Origin: Rhizaria sp. SCN 62-66 | Lineage: Eukaryota | Reading direction: 5' to 3' | Assembly: GCA_001724265.1 (NCBI GenBank) | Contig: MEDY01000070.1 | Span: 62,001 to 94,450 of the forward strand | Length of the DNA stretch: 32,450 bases | In this document: positions 11,479 through 23,100 of the stretch, piece after piece | How the letters are laid out: every line of letters starts with the position of its first letter | How positions within the stretch are numbered: the first letter of the stretch is position 1 | Notes under the pieces: model-generated | Told to the model about the DNA's origin: nothing | Databases searched by the model: none | Seen by the model: only the letters and a program-made list of their open reading frames with translations | Made by a program: the position numbers and the translations under genes

Positions 11479-12288
11479 ATGGCGACAATCAACGTCCGCC
11501 TCTGCACCCTTCAGGGTTTTCACTCCGAGATGCAAGTGACGGACTCGCTCACGGTGGCCGAGTTCCGCGAGCTGGCTGCTGCCAAGGTGAATCTGTCGAC
11601 AGACGATGGCAAGTTTAGCCTCCTGCTTGTGATTAACGGCAAGGTGCTCGAGAACGACTCCGAGCCAATCTCGCGCTTCGTTGCCCCCAACACAGCGGCG
11701 AAGCCTTCCAACGTCATCATCATGCGTCGCAAGGCCAAGGCTGGCTCTGCTGCTTCCGCCCCCGCGGCTGCTGCTGCCGCCCCCGCGGCTGCTGCTTCTG
11801 CATCCGCTGCTATGGCTGACGCCGACGCTCCCGCCGCTGCCGCTACGTCTGCGCCCACTGCTGCTGCCTCTGCGCCCGCTCCTGGCACTGCTGACTCTGC
11901 CTCTGCTGGCGCTGCTGCCGCGCCCGCGCGCCACACAATCGCCGAGCACATCCTTAACACGCCCTCGGCGATGTCGGCGTACGCGACGGCGCTGCACTCG
12001 GCGTCGCCGCAGATGATGCAGCTGTTCGACGCGGACCGCGAAGCCTTCCTGAACATCATGGGCGACATCATCGCCGATGGCACCGCGCTTAACGCCATGG
12101 CCGCCGCCGCCACGGGCGCGCGCCCCCCGCAAGTGCCCGTGCGCCGGCTTACGGCCGAGCAGACCGCCGCCGTTGACCGCATCGTCGAATTTGGTTTCTC
12201 GCGCGAGAAGGCGGTAGAGGCCTACTTGGTTTGTGATGGCAACGAGGAGCTCGCAGTCAACTACCTGCTTCGCGAACAGGATGACTAA
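11479..12288 (+). CDS. RAD23: RAD23-like ubiquitin shuttle (UBL - Ala-rich linker - XPC-binding/STI1-like - UBA), 269 aa
   Basis: N-terminal UBL (LTVAEFRE...LLLVINGKVLEND). XPC-binding-like segment HILNTPSAMSAYATALHSASPQMMQLFDADREAFLNIM. C-terminal UBA LTAEQTAAVDRIVEFGFSREKAVEAYLVCDGNEELAVNYLL matches the RAD23 UBA2 pattern. Ends in TAA. Confidence 0.8.
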   Translation: MATINVRLCTLQGFHSEMQVTDSLTVAEFRELAAAKVNLSTDDGKFSLLLVINGKVLENDSEPISRFVAPNTAAKPSNVIIMRRKAKAGSAASAPAAAAAAPAAAASASAAMADADAPAAAATSAPTAAASAPAPGTADSASAGAAAAPARHTIAEHILNTPSAMSAYATALHSASPQMMQLFDADREAFLNIMGDIIADGTALNAMAAAATGARPPQVPVRRLTAEQTAAVDRIVEFGFSREKAVEAYLVCDGNEELAVNYLLREQDD

Positions 12289-12836
12289 AAGGGCGAAGAA
12301 GAGCTCACATTCAACTAAAACGGCGCGCGATACGTAATGCGCGGCACTACACGCTGCTTGTTTGTTTCAGTAAGAAGCTAATTGGATGGCTTCTTTCGAG
12401 GTTTACCACACGTGCCTGATTTAGTTGCTGCTGCACGTGCCTTTGCCACGTCTGTTTGTTTACGCGTTAATGAGGCTCTATTGGTATTCTCGCTTTAGTT
12501 CTGTTTGTATTGTACCGTATTTTATCCTGTTTTTTGCTAATTCAAATAACGTTTTTACTCTAGTTAATTGTGTCACAACTCTGGCACCAGTGTTCTATAA
12601 ATACACACCAAAATTTCAAACACAGCTTCATTTCAATGCAAACAGAGACGATATTGACATTAATCACAGTGTATTTCTTAACATTGTTTTTAAAACTATA
12701 TAATCTGTCTGCCACAAGTGCATCACGCTTCGCAACATCACGTACGAGAGAGTCTTACATTTGATCACAACACATCACTCGTACATCACTCGTTCTCTAG
12801 CTAAGCTCGATCAAGCGTAGTCACTTGCTCGCGCTT

Positions 12837-14579
12837 TCACTTCTGCTGCTCGGAAGCCAGCCCCATGCCCCGCATCAGCCCCAGCAGCTCCTTTTGACTG
12901 CCCCCGCTCGCCACACCGCCGCCCGCCGTCGCATTGTTCACCGCCGGAGCGTAGTTGCCGGCGGCGGGCCCAGCGCCCACAGTCGCCAGCTGCGGCAGCG
13001 GGGCCCGGCGCGCGCGCGCCCGCGCGACGCTGCCCGTGCTGGCCAGCGACGGCGCGGGCGCGTCGAACCCATTCCCGCTGCCGCCGAAACCGCTGCTGAT
13101 GCCGATGCCGCTGACACTGTCGCCGGCGGCGTTGCCGTTGCCGTAACCGTAGCCATAGCTATATCCATGGCTCGGACTGAGGCCATACGCGTCAACAGAC
13201 TGAAGCTGTTGCGGGGCATAAGGCTGACTGTACCCTGCGGTCTGACCGTGACTGTGCAATGTACTGAGGCTGTGGCTATGGCTGTGGGCAGCGGTCGCAA
13301 AGCGTGCAACACGAAGTGGTCGCTGATCTCCAGCGCTCGACTCAAACGCAACAGAATTCGACGAGCTCGCACCACTATAAGCGCCCACAGCACTTTTATT
13401 GTTGCTGCTGATGTTGTTGTTGTTATTGCTTGCAGCTGCGAGCCGACGTGCCGCGCCCCAGTCCTCGTCCTCATCCTCGTCTTCATAGTCATTGCTGTTG
13501 CCTGTCACCGACGGCGCAGCAGCAGCAGCGGCAGACGCGCCAGTTGCCGCCGCGCTGATGTCATCAACTTCATCGTCCTCGTCCTCGTTGTACAGCCTCG
13601 GCAACAGCTGACTCTGATTCTGGCTCTGCATCTGCACTCTCGCGCCCTTACTGGAACCAGCGGCTTCGCTGTACGCGTTGGCGCTGGCGGCGCGTGGGTC
13701 GCCGCGGCCCTCTTCATTCTTACCATCATCGCCGACCACAAATCCCCCTTCACCGCCAGCGCCAGTGCCTGCGCCTGCGCCGGCCTCGGCCTCTGTCTCG
13801 GCCTCGGCCTTGGCGGCGGCGGCCTCGCGGCGGCGGCGACGTTCGGCCAGCGCACCACCGCCAACGCCACCGCTGGCCTCTGCAACTCCCGTGGAGGTCG
13901 CTGAGGGCGCGGAGACAGAGCCCTCGGAGCTGCCCAGCCGCATCGCCAGCGGCAGCAACGGGGACGCGTCGACCCCGCCACTTTGCGCTGCTGCCGCCGC
14001 CCCCGCAGCATCAGTGGCAGCTGCTGCAGCAGCAGCAGCAGCGTTGGCGCCGAAAGCAGCGGAGGTGGCCGGTGCGGTCGTAGGTGTGACGAGGACCGAG
14101 TCCGTGGCACTATCGTAGTACACAAACACGTCCTCTTCGTCCTCCTGGTTGCGGTCGCCCGTTGTGCGGCTGCCAATGATGCTGTTGCTGCTGTGGGGAT
14201 TGACGGCGATATCGCTGTCGCCACCACGCGCCCTGCGGCCCGGCACGCGTACCGCAGGCGTACTAGGCCCCGCAGGCGGGAGCAACGCGCCCGTCAGAGC
14301 CGCGACGTACGCCGTGTCGCCCGCTGGCAGGACGGTTGGCCCGTATACCCCGCGCCCGCGCAGAGCACACGGCACGCCGGTGAGCGCGAAACACGACCCT
14401 GCCGTCAGCCACGACTCTGCGCCGTCGCCGCTACCGCCGCTGCCGCAGTGTGTGCCGGTGGCGATGCTCGCAACGTCGGCAGCGTCGGCCGCGGCGTTGG
14501 CGTTGGCGACAGCGTCCGCGGCCGCCGCGCTCGCGATCGCAGCAATGTCCCCGCACACGCACGCGCACTGCTGCTGGTG

Positions 14580-14634
<55 letters not shown>

Positions 14635-17600
14635 ACGCCGCCGCCGCCGCCGCCGCCGCTTTGCGCGGTCGATGAGCCCGAGTCGGCAACGAGCGGCAAC
14701 TCCAGTGGGTGCCGCTGCGGATGCGGGCGAGTGAAGATCTGCATCGGCGCCTGGCCAAAGTGCTGGATCTGCGTGCGCAGCGCCTGTCGCTAGCTGCGGC
14801 TCGGCACTGCAGTCAAATCTACCGCGCCCTCGTAGACGACGCTGACGTAGGCGTTGTCCGCGGCCACGGCGGCCGGCCCGCGCTGCTTGGCGCCGAACGT
14901 CAGGTCGATCCAGTGGTGCAGCCGCGCGGAGACGTACTCGCTCTCGAGGGCGGCGCGGAGCACGCAGACGACTTCTTCGGGGCTAGCGGCCCACGACGGC
15001 AGCGCCACTGCGCCGACTCTCGCGCCCACAGACACGCCCACAGCACTGCCACTGCCGCTGCCGCTGCCGCTGCCCCTGCTCCGGCCCTGGCTCTGGCTAT
15101 GGCCGTGGCTGTGGCCGTGGCTGCTATGGCTGTTGGAGTCTGGTTGGAGACGACCGGGCGCGAGCGCGGAAGGGTTGCGCAAGAGCTGCGGAAACGAGTA
15201 CATCTCCGGCACTAACTCGCGGCCGGATCCGGAGCTGAGCAGACAGCTCTCCCACAGCCTCGGCAGCGAGGAGAAAAGCCTGTCCGGGCAGTCAAGGCGG
15301 CCGGCCTGGAGCTCGGCGTGGAGCGAGGTGAAGGGCTCCAGCCGCAGCAGCAGGTGCAGCACCGACGCCGGCGAGCTGTAGAAGGAGCCGAAGTGGAAGG
15401 GCGCGCTCGTGTAGTCAGCCGCCGCCGCAGCAGTCGCAGTCTTCGCCGTCGCTGCGCCAACCGAAGGCGCTGCGCTTGCCGCGGTGGCGAAGGCGGCGGA
15501 GAGCGCGGCGGAGGACATCGAGTGGCGCATGCCCGCGTTGGCTCCCGCCGCAATCGCGGAAGCAGGCAATGTGCGCGCCGCGGAGGGCGACGGAGCAGTT
15601 GCCGTGCCGTTAGTGCCGTTGCCGCCGTAAGTTGCACTGTTAAAACCGCCGCCGCCTCCAGTGGTGGACATCGAGACTCCGCGCGCTCGACCGGCGCCGA
15701 CGCGGAGCCCGGCGTCAGGCAGCAGCGACGTCGCCGACACTGCGGAGCCCGCGACTGATCCAGCGCCAGCAGGGGCCGCGGGGGCCGCGGATGGGCTGTG
15801 CGCCGCGGCGGCCGCAGCGGCCTCGGCGAGGCTCTCGAAGCGCGCGCGCGCCGCGGCCCTGCGCGACGGCACGAGCGCGCCGACGGGCCTGCTGAGGTCG
15901 CGCATGATCGCGGGCAGCAGCGGGTGGGCGTCTGACGAGGCGAGAATCAACAGCAGGTCGCGCGCAGTCAGCCAGCGCACACGCTCGCGCCGGTCTGAGC
16001 TCTCGTCTCCCGTCGCGGGCGGCGCGGCAGGGAAGTGCGCCAACGTCCAAGGAAAGATCATGTACTGGCCGAGGTCGTTGTAGCCGCGGCCGGCGACGGT
16101 GTTGAGGCAGATCAAGTACTGCCAGGTGGAGATCTCGCGCCGCGCCCACCGTGCGGTCACGCCGGAGCGCAAAAGCAGGTCCAGGGGCGACCGCGAGCAG
16201 TGTGCGAGCAGACGTGGCGGCCGCAGAGGCAGGAAACAGCGCAGAAACGCGTTGCGCGCGGCTGTATCGGCGAACGCGAAGAAGAACGCGCGACTCAACT
16301 CACCGGCGTTGCTGGAACTCGTGACCGTGGAACTCGTGCCCGTACGAGAACTCATGACCCCACCGGCACTGGGTGCCCGGCCTTGAGAGGCTGCGTTGGT
16401 GACCGTGGGCGCAGGGAAGTCGGCGAAGACCTCAACTGCAGACCGCTGGAGTAAGTACAAGCGGCGGTACACTGCGCGCACGCAGCCGAGGGGGATTGAG
16501 AATCCCCACTGCAGCGGTTGTTGATCACTGTCCACGTCATCAACACCTGCGTCAACACCGCCAACGCCAGCGCCAGAGCCAGCGCCAGTGACAGCGTTCA
16601 TAGCGCCAGCACCAGCAAGGAGGAGTGAGGCAGCGGCGGCCAACGGTGTGCCGGCGCGTATGGCGTCCAGCAAAGGGCTCTTATACGGGCCCGGCAGACG
16701 CGCGCGCGCTCCGGCGCCGGCACGCGCCCGCGGCCGCGCCCCACGGTCACCAGCCATGGCCACGACGCCACCGCCGCCGCCGCCGCTGCTGCTGCCGAAG
16801 CTGCTGCTCGAGGCGTCAAGCGCAGAGGCAGAGGCCGAAAAGCTGCCGCTACCGTTGGCGCTGCCGCTGAGGTTGAAGCTGCTGCCGCTGGTGCCAAGGC
16901 TGCCGGTGAAGCTGCTGCTCGGACCCAGCCCCGCGCCCGCAGCGAAGCAGCTCTCGTCCTCCGCATCGCCCTTACCGCCGCCGGCGCTGATATTGCCAGT
17001 GCGTAGCGGGTGGAGGAGCTGTGGCGGGAGAGCGGGCGCGTACGGTGCAACGGGGTCGATGCACGCCACGGCGCTGCGAGCAACGCGTGCCAAAGCGGCG
17101 GTGGTTGCAGCGGCCACGGCGGCGTCCGTCGCAGCGTCAACAGCTGCCACAGTATCAGTCGCCGGGTCAAGGTTTGGCGGCGACCCGATGTGTTCAAACT
17201 CGCTGTCGACAGTCGACATCGCTGTTGCATTATTTGCAGTCTTTACATTCTTTGCATTCTTTGCGGCGGCTCTATCCCTCGCTTTGGCGACGAGGGCGGC
17301 CAACGAGGCAGCGTACTCGTCCCAAACCCACTTTGCGTCATCCACACCACTGCTGCTGCCGCCGCCGCTTCTCTTCGCCGCAGCCGCAGCCTCCGAGCCG
17401 CTCGCCACACTGGCGCTCGCTACACCGGCGCTGGCAGTGGCGGCACTGGCCGCGGCGGCGATCACATTCGCGGCGAACGCAAGCGCCGGGTCTGACCCCG
17501 GTGCGCCCGCGAGCGCCGCCGCCACCGCAGTCGCCACCGCCTCGTCAGCCTCTGCAATCGCGCCCAGGGCCGTGGTTGCCGCCATGACGACGGCGTCCGG

Positions 17601-19323
17601 GTCGGCGTGGAAAGTTAAGCCGCCGCGGGAGAGAGTGAGCGCGCCCGGCGTCGGTCCCAGGGGCGTCACCAGCGTCGCAGGCGCGGAGAACAGCGGCGCG
17701 GCGTGGAAAATAGCGGTCGTAGCAGAAGCACCGTTCGTGGTGTTTGCAGCGGGGCCAGAGAGGGCGGGCGGGAGGGACCAGGCGGCGCCGAACGGGAGAC
17801 AAGCGGCGCGCGCGCGGTCCGGGAGCTCATAGGGCGACACGGCGGGGCGCGCGGCAGCGGCGGCCAGCGCGGCACGCGCGGGCGCGAAGGTAAGGAGCGA
17901 GGGGAACGACGGGCCTGCGTGGGTGGACCCAGTCGTGGAGCCAGTCGCAGAGCCGGTCGCAGAGCCTGCCGCAGAGCCAATGGCGGAGCCTGCGATTGAG
18001 CCAGCGGGGGTGACGGCTCCTCCTGACGCGATGCTAGGACCAATGCCGGCGCCAGCAGCAACAGAGCCAGTGTAAGGGCCTGGGTTAGGGTAAGGGTAAG
18101 GGCCCGAGGCGGCGGAGGTCGGCGTCAACGCGGCCAGAGGCGAGTGCGAGTGCCTGTATCCAACGCCAACGCCAGCGCCCGCGCCAGCACTCGCGCCAGC
18201 AACACCAGCAGCTGGATTGGAGCCCGAGGTCATGAGTTCCCCGTCGGGAGCCGCGAGGACTGGCGCGGCGCCGGTGACCGAGGCGCGGTGACGCGCGTGC
18301 GGAGGCGGCCGCGACTGCAGCAGAATCTCGGACGCCGACGGCAACGGAGGCTGCTGCTGAGACTGCGAGAGCGCACTGTGTGCCTGCGACTGCGGGGGTG
18401 CAGAGTAATGGTCAGCGAGAATGCTCGGCACGGCGAAAACGCGCGTGATCCCCGTGTTCTCCAGCATCAGCGACTGCGACCGCATCGCCTGCGCGCGGAG
18501 CGACTGCGGCTGCGCGTGCGTCTGCGGCTGTGCCGGCGACTGCGAGAGAGCGCCGGCGAGCCCTGCCCCTGCGCTGGCCCCGGGGCCGGGTGCAGAGGAG
18601 CCCAGCAGCACCGGCGCCGGCGGCAGCGCAGACCCTGCCCCTACCGCTACCACACCCCCACCGGCGCTGACGCTGGCAGTGCGATTGCCCACAGCGCCAA
18701 CACCACCCCCCATAGCGCCAACACCACCCATCGCACCGCCGCCGCCGCCGGTGGCGTTCGTGGGGGAGACGAGGGGGCTGTGCAGACGCGGGCTCTGGCC
18801 GCCGCTGCCGCCGCTGCCGTAGCCGTAGCCGTACTGCGTGTACGCACTGTACAGCCCATAGCTTGAAAAATTTGCATGGCTTGCGTTGTTTGTGGCGTTG
18901 TGCGGCACCGAGAGAGGCGACGGCGGCGCCGGAGAATGGCCGTAGCCGCCGAGCGCGGGCTGCGGGTGCGCGAGCGCGAGCGCGAGCACGCGCCCCGGGG
19001 ACTGCGGCTGCGCCTGCAGCGAGTGAGAGTGTGGCAGCGGGGGGCCAGACGCCGCGGCGGCGGCGGGGGCGGCGGCAGGTCCGTAGCGCGGGCCGGCGCC
19101 GCCGTTGCTGCTGCTCACACTCGCGGGGCCATACCCGCCGTAGCCGCCCCCGAGACCACCGACGCCAAGACTGAGACTGGGGCCTGCAGCGGAGGCGGAG
19201 GCGGAGGCGGAGAACGAGGGGTGCGGGCCGGCAAAGGGGCTAGCGCCGGGGCTGGGGCCCTGGGAGGCTGGCAGCACGCGCGGCGCGGCCCCCGCACCGC
19301 CTGGACTCGCAGCGCCGCCACCA

Positions 19324-19360
<37 letters not shown>

Positions 19361-19454
19361 AGGAGCCAGCAGCAGCCGCAGCAGCGGTCGGCTGCGGGGG
19401 CAGGGCGGCGCTGTGTGCGCGTTGGCGGGTGCCGCCGCCCGGGGGCATGTTCAT
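12837..19454 (-). CDS. PH-BEACH domain protein (neurobeachin/LYST/FAN superfamily), about 2205 aa when the in-frame TAG at 14790-14792 is read as sense; start uncertain
   Basis: PH-BEACH motifs VYRRLYLLQRSAVEVF and AFFFAF. BEACH motifs TARWARREISTWQYLICLNTVAGRGYNDLGQYMIFPW, RDLSRPVGAL, PFHFGSFYSS, RELVPEMY, LESEYVSARLHHWIDLTFG and YEGAVDLTAVPSRS*RQALRTQIQHFGQAPMQIFTRPHPQR. Track ORFs 14790-19493 and 12837-14744 are the same frame. First in-frame ATG at 19454. Ends in TGA. Confidence 0.92.
14568..14633 (-). repeat. (CAG)n microsatellite encoding Q18-H-Q3, preceded by a (GGC)n poly-Gly run
   Basis: Direct read of the ctg repeats on the + strand, inside the BEACH CDS. Confidence 0.95.
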
Positions 19455-20191
19455 GGACCACAAGTGAGCGCTAATGCTGCTGTCTGTGGCCAAAGGCGCG
19501 CAACAGGGACGCCTTGGAGTGGGATGAGAGGGGAGTCTGCAGTGTGAGACGGTGTTAAAGGAGGGACAGGAAATGGAAGGTTAGAGCGCCACAGAAAGAT
19601 AAAATGAAGTGAACACGGCCGTTTTATAGTTTTGCAAAAACAATCGCAATAAATATGGCGCTACTGGCGATCATGGTTCTTCAGACGACAAATTGATTTG
19701 TTGTTGCTTGTCAACACCGCCCGTTGGTCGCCGGCTTGGCGCGACCGTGAGCAGGGCCGAACGAACATTTTCCGAGACCTTTATTATCGTTTTCAGTCGT
19801 AATCAGCACATCTCAGTACCGCCAGTAAAAACAAGCGCCATTTTCCCACATAATTTCTTTATTACGTTCCATTTTTCTCACGGTACGCATGGCTATTTCG
19901 TATTTTTTGTACAGCGTCGACTGCCTCTCCCGAAGCAGCGAACACTCCTTGTTAAAGCTTCTGTCCTGCCACAGTTCCCAGTGTCCTGGCTTTTCAGAGG
20001 GGGAAACCCCCAGTATCCTTTCGTTATCTTCCTGTTACCTGCCGCGTGCAGCTTACAGGCTGTCCGTGCTCGTGCTGTGACCTCTTTTAGCAGGCCTCAG
20101 CAGCGCACTTTTTCTTCTCCCGGATCCCGATCTCGCCAGCTCACGAGGCACCGCTCCAGGCTTCTCAAAGCCACATAGCCTTCGTCTGCCG

Positions 20192-23100
20192 ATGCAGCCG
20201 GCCCCGGACCCTTACGCGGGCGACCCTGACGAAGCCATCACCCTCGATACATACTCGCAACGCCTCGTACGTGCCTGCCCCACCGCGACAATCTTCGCAA
20301 GCTTGCCGCGCATTTCTATATCTGGATCCATCACATGCTTTTGCTTAACCAATAAGCACGAACTCTGACATTCCATGTTTCTTACCCGCTTGGCTTTGCT
20401 ATCGGCTCTTTAACACATCATGTTCCTTCAATCCCATCATCACGCTGCCTCCCGCTCACTTCCGCCCGCTCTTATCTCTCCCCCTGCGCCTTTTCTCGCC
20501 CACACAGGCGCGCGACGCGATCAAGGCGCGCTGCCTGGAGTCCCTCGAGGAGTTTCACTCGTGCACCTACGCCCAGGGTTACATCACGCAGCCCGTGTTT
20601 GTCTGCCTCACCTGTCAAGCCGCCTCAGACGCCGCTAAGCGCGCCAAGTAGCGCGCCTACAGCTCCAGCACGGCTTCGTCGCCGCCGTCCTCATCATCGT
20701 CCTTAGGCGGCAGTGGCACTGGCGCTGCGAGCGCGGGCGCGGGCGCGGGGAGCGTGGGGAGTGTAGAAGGCACTGAGGAGGACGACTACTCGACTGCGTT
20801 CGGTTTCTGCCTCGGCTGCTCCACCAACTGTCACCTGGGCCACGACGTCGTCGAGCTTGGTGACCGCACTCTCTTCCGATGCGACTGCGGCAACTCGCGC
20901 TGCCCACAATCGCTTCCGGCGCATCTCCTCCCTGTCGCAGCAACTGGCGCCGACACTACTGAATCATCATCATCACCATCATCATCCTTGTCGTTGTGTG
21001 ACTCGGAGTCGGCGCTGAGGCCGTTCACATGTCAGCTGCAGCCGCACAAGGCCGCGCTCAACGACGCCAACGCGTACAACCACAACTTTCGCGGCCTCTT
21101 CTGCCGCTGCCGCCAGCGGTACGATGCCTCGCGCAGCATGCGCGGCTGCATTCGTTGCCAGGACTACTTCCACGACGACTGCGTGCGCCTGCCGCCGCCG
21201 CCGCTCTCGCTCGACGCGCTGCCGCCCGCGCTGCGCCGTTTGCTTCACCGCCCCGCCGTCGCCGCCCGCGGTAAAGCCGCCAAAGAAGCGGCCGCTGCCG
21301 CCGCAGCAGCCGCAGTTGCTGCAGCGGGCGGGACTGAAGCCGTCTTGACAGAGGGCGGCGCCGCAAGCAAAGCCGCTGCGTTGCCAATGGACGACGTCGG
21401 CAGCCTCGCAGAAGAGGTTAAGTCCGAGTCGAAATCCGACGTCTACGCCGGCATCGAAGTCTTGGATGCCGACACCAACACCGCTGCGGCCGCGCCGATG
21501 AGCGAGGCCGAGGCCGCCGCCGCCGCCGCCGAAGCCGACGCCGCGGCGGCGGACCTGCTGGCGGTGCTCGTGGGGCGCGTGTGGCAGGACTACTCCGACG
21601 GCGAGGCCCACGTGTTCCTGTGCGCCGAGTGCGCGGTCGCGGCGCCGCTGCTTGCGTCCTACGCGCTGGCCAACCCGCCGCTGCTGGCCGAGGCCGTGGG
21701 CGGGTGTTCTCGCGTGTACCTCCAGCGTACCCGCCTGCTCGAGGCGCTCATGGACCCGCGTGTCGACATCTCGGGCGCCCAGCTGCAGCAGTTGCCGCCC
21801 GCGGTGGTGACCGGGCGCAAGGCCATCCACCGACGCCACGCCGCGCGCGCGGCCAATGCGGCGGCGCTCGCGGCGGCGAGGGCGCAAGAAGCGGCCGCCT
21901 CTGCTGCCTCTGCTGCCGCGAACACAACAGCTTCGGTGTCTAGCACAGCGACTGAGGCTGAGAACGAGACTGCTGTGACAGCGCCCGCGCCCGCCCTCAC
22001 GGTCGCCCCTAGCGCGCACTCGGTGTCCGGCGACGGCGCCGCCGCGACCGCTGCCAAAGCCGCCCACGCCGCCTCTGTCGTCGCCGCCGGCGCCGGCAGC
22101 GGCAGCAGCAGCAGCAGCAGTGTGCGCGTGGCGCGCTCCCGGGGCGACGCGGGCGCTGAGGCGGGCCACCGCAGCCGCCGCAGCCGCCTCCTGGACGGCG
22201 GGGACCAAGACCAAGACCAGGCCCTGCGGCTCAACCACACCCACACGCGCAGTAGTGACGGCAGCGGCAACGGCAGCAGCAGCGACGGTGAGGACGGCGA
22301 GGACGAAAGCGGAGACTCTTCTGCGGCGATCAGCCCAACTAACGCGCCGAGCGCCGGCGTCACTGCCGCAGACGACGAAGACGAGGACGATGATGAAGAG
22401 GAAGGCGAGGCTTTGCTGGTGCGGCTGCCGGCGCCGCGGCCGCCCAACGGCAGCGGTAACGGCAACGGCACCAGCCACGGCGACTGGAACTGGGCAGCGC
22501 TGCGCTGTTCAGACTGTCCACCCGACGGCGACGGCGACGGCGATTGTGACGGCGATGGGTCAGGTTCGCCCTGCACGCCCGTCACCTCGGCCGCCGCCGT
22601 GGCCGCCGCAGCGGCCGCCGCCGTGGCCGCTGGCGGAGGCCCGCTCGCCGCCTCCGCCGCCGCAGCAGGCGCAGCGTCGCCCCACACGATGCGGTGCGCG
22701 CTGCACGCGCGCGCGCACACGGGACCCTGCGATAATGATGACGACAACTACCACTGCCAGCTCGTCGCGCACTGCCTCACGTGCCCCATGCTGACGCCGA
22801 GCAACTGCACGCTGTCCGTCTGCTCCGCATGCGCGGTGCGCCACGCTGAGCCCATCTACCAGGAAGTGTGTCTCGTGTGCGCGCTCACGTGCCATCGCGG
22901 CCACTTGCTCGTGAACTGGCGCGTCGACGGCGCGTATTGCGACTGCGGGACGGTCGACGGGTCGCGGTGTCTTGTCGGCGAGGTCGATGACGTTACCACG
23001 ACGCCCGCGCCCGTCTCCCCCGCGTACGCGTCCTGTTGCGGCTCCTGCTGCTGCTCCTGCCCGCGTCCGGACAAAACCTCCCCTCAGTCTCAGCCTCATC

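Noticed and set aside
1514-12288. DNA-repair gene cluster (Pol X plus RAD23)
   Set aside because: Only two genes in different pathways, separated by an unrelated gene; proximity is plausibly chance in a compact genome.
12772-12793. Tandem duplication ACATCACTCGT x2 in the BEACH 3' region
   Set aside because: Two-copy short slippage duplication with no spacer structure; not CRISPR-like or a recognisable element.
19536-19615. Possible branch point (CTAAC), pyrimidine tract and CAG acceptor upstream of the BEACH ATG on the minus strand
   Set aside because: No convincing donor or upstream coding exon found; may simply be a pyrimidine-rich 5' UTR.
5507-20651. Pyrrolysine, programmed readthrough or UAG-to-UGG editing as the explanation for the TAGs
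   Set aside because: Sites are non-catalytic and not conserved Trp positions, 3' contexts differ (CCG, AAG, CGA, CGC) with no shared readthrough motif, and Pyl is not known from eukaryotic nuclei. Editing cannot be formally excluded without RNA data.
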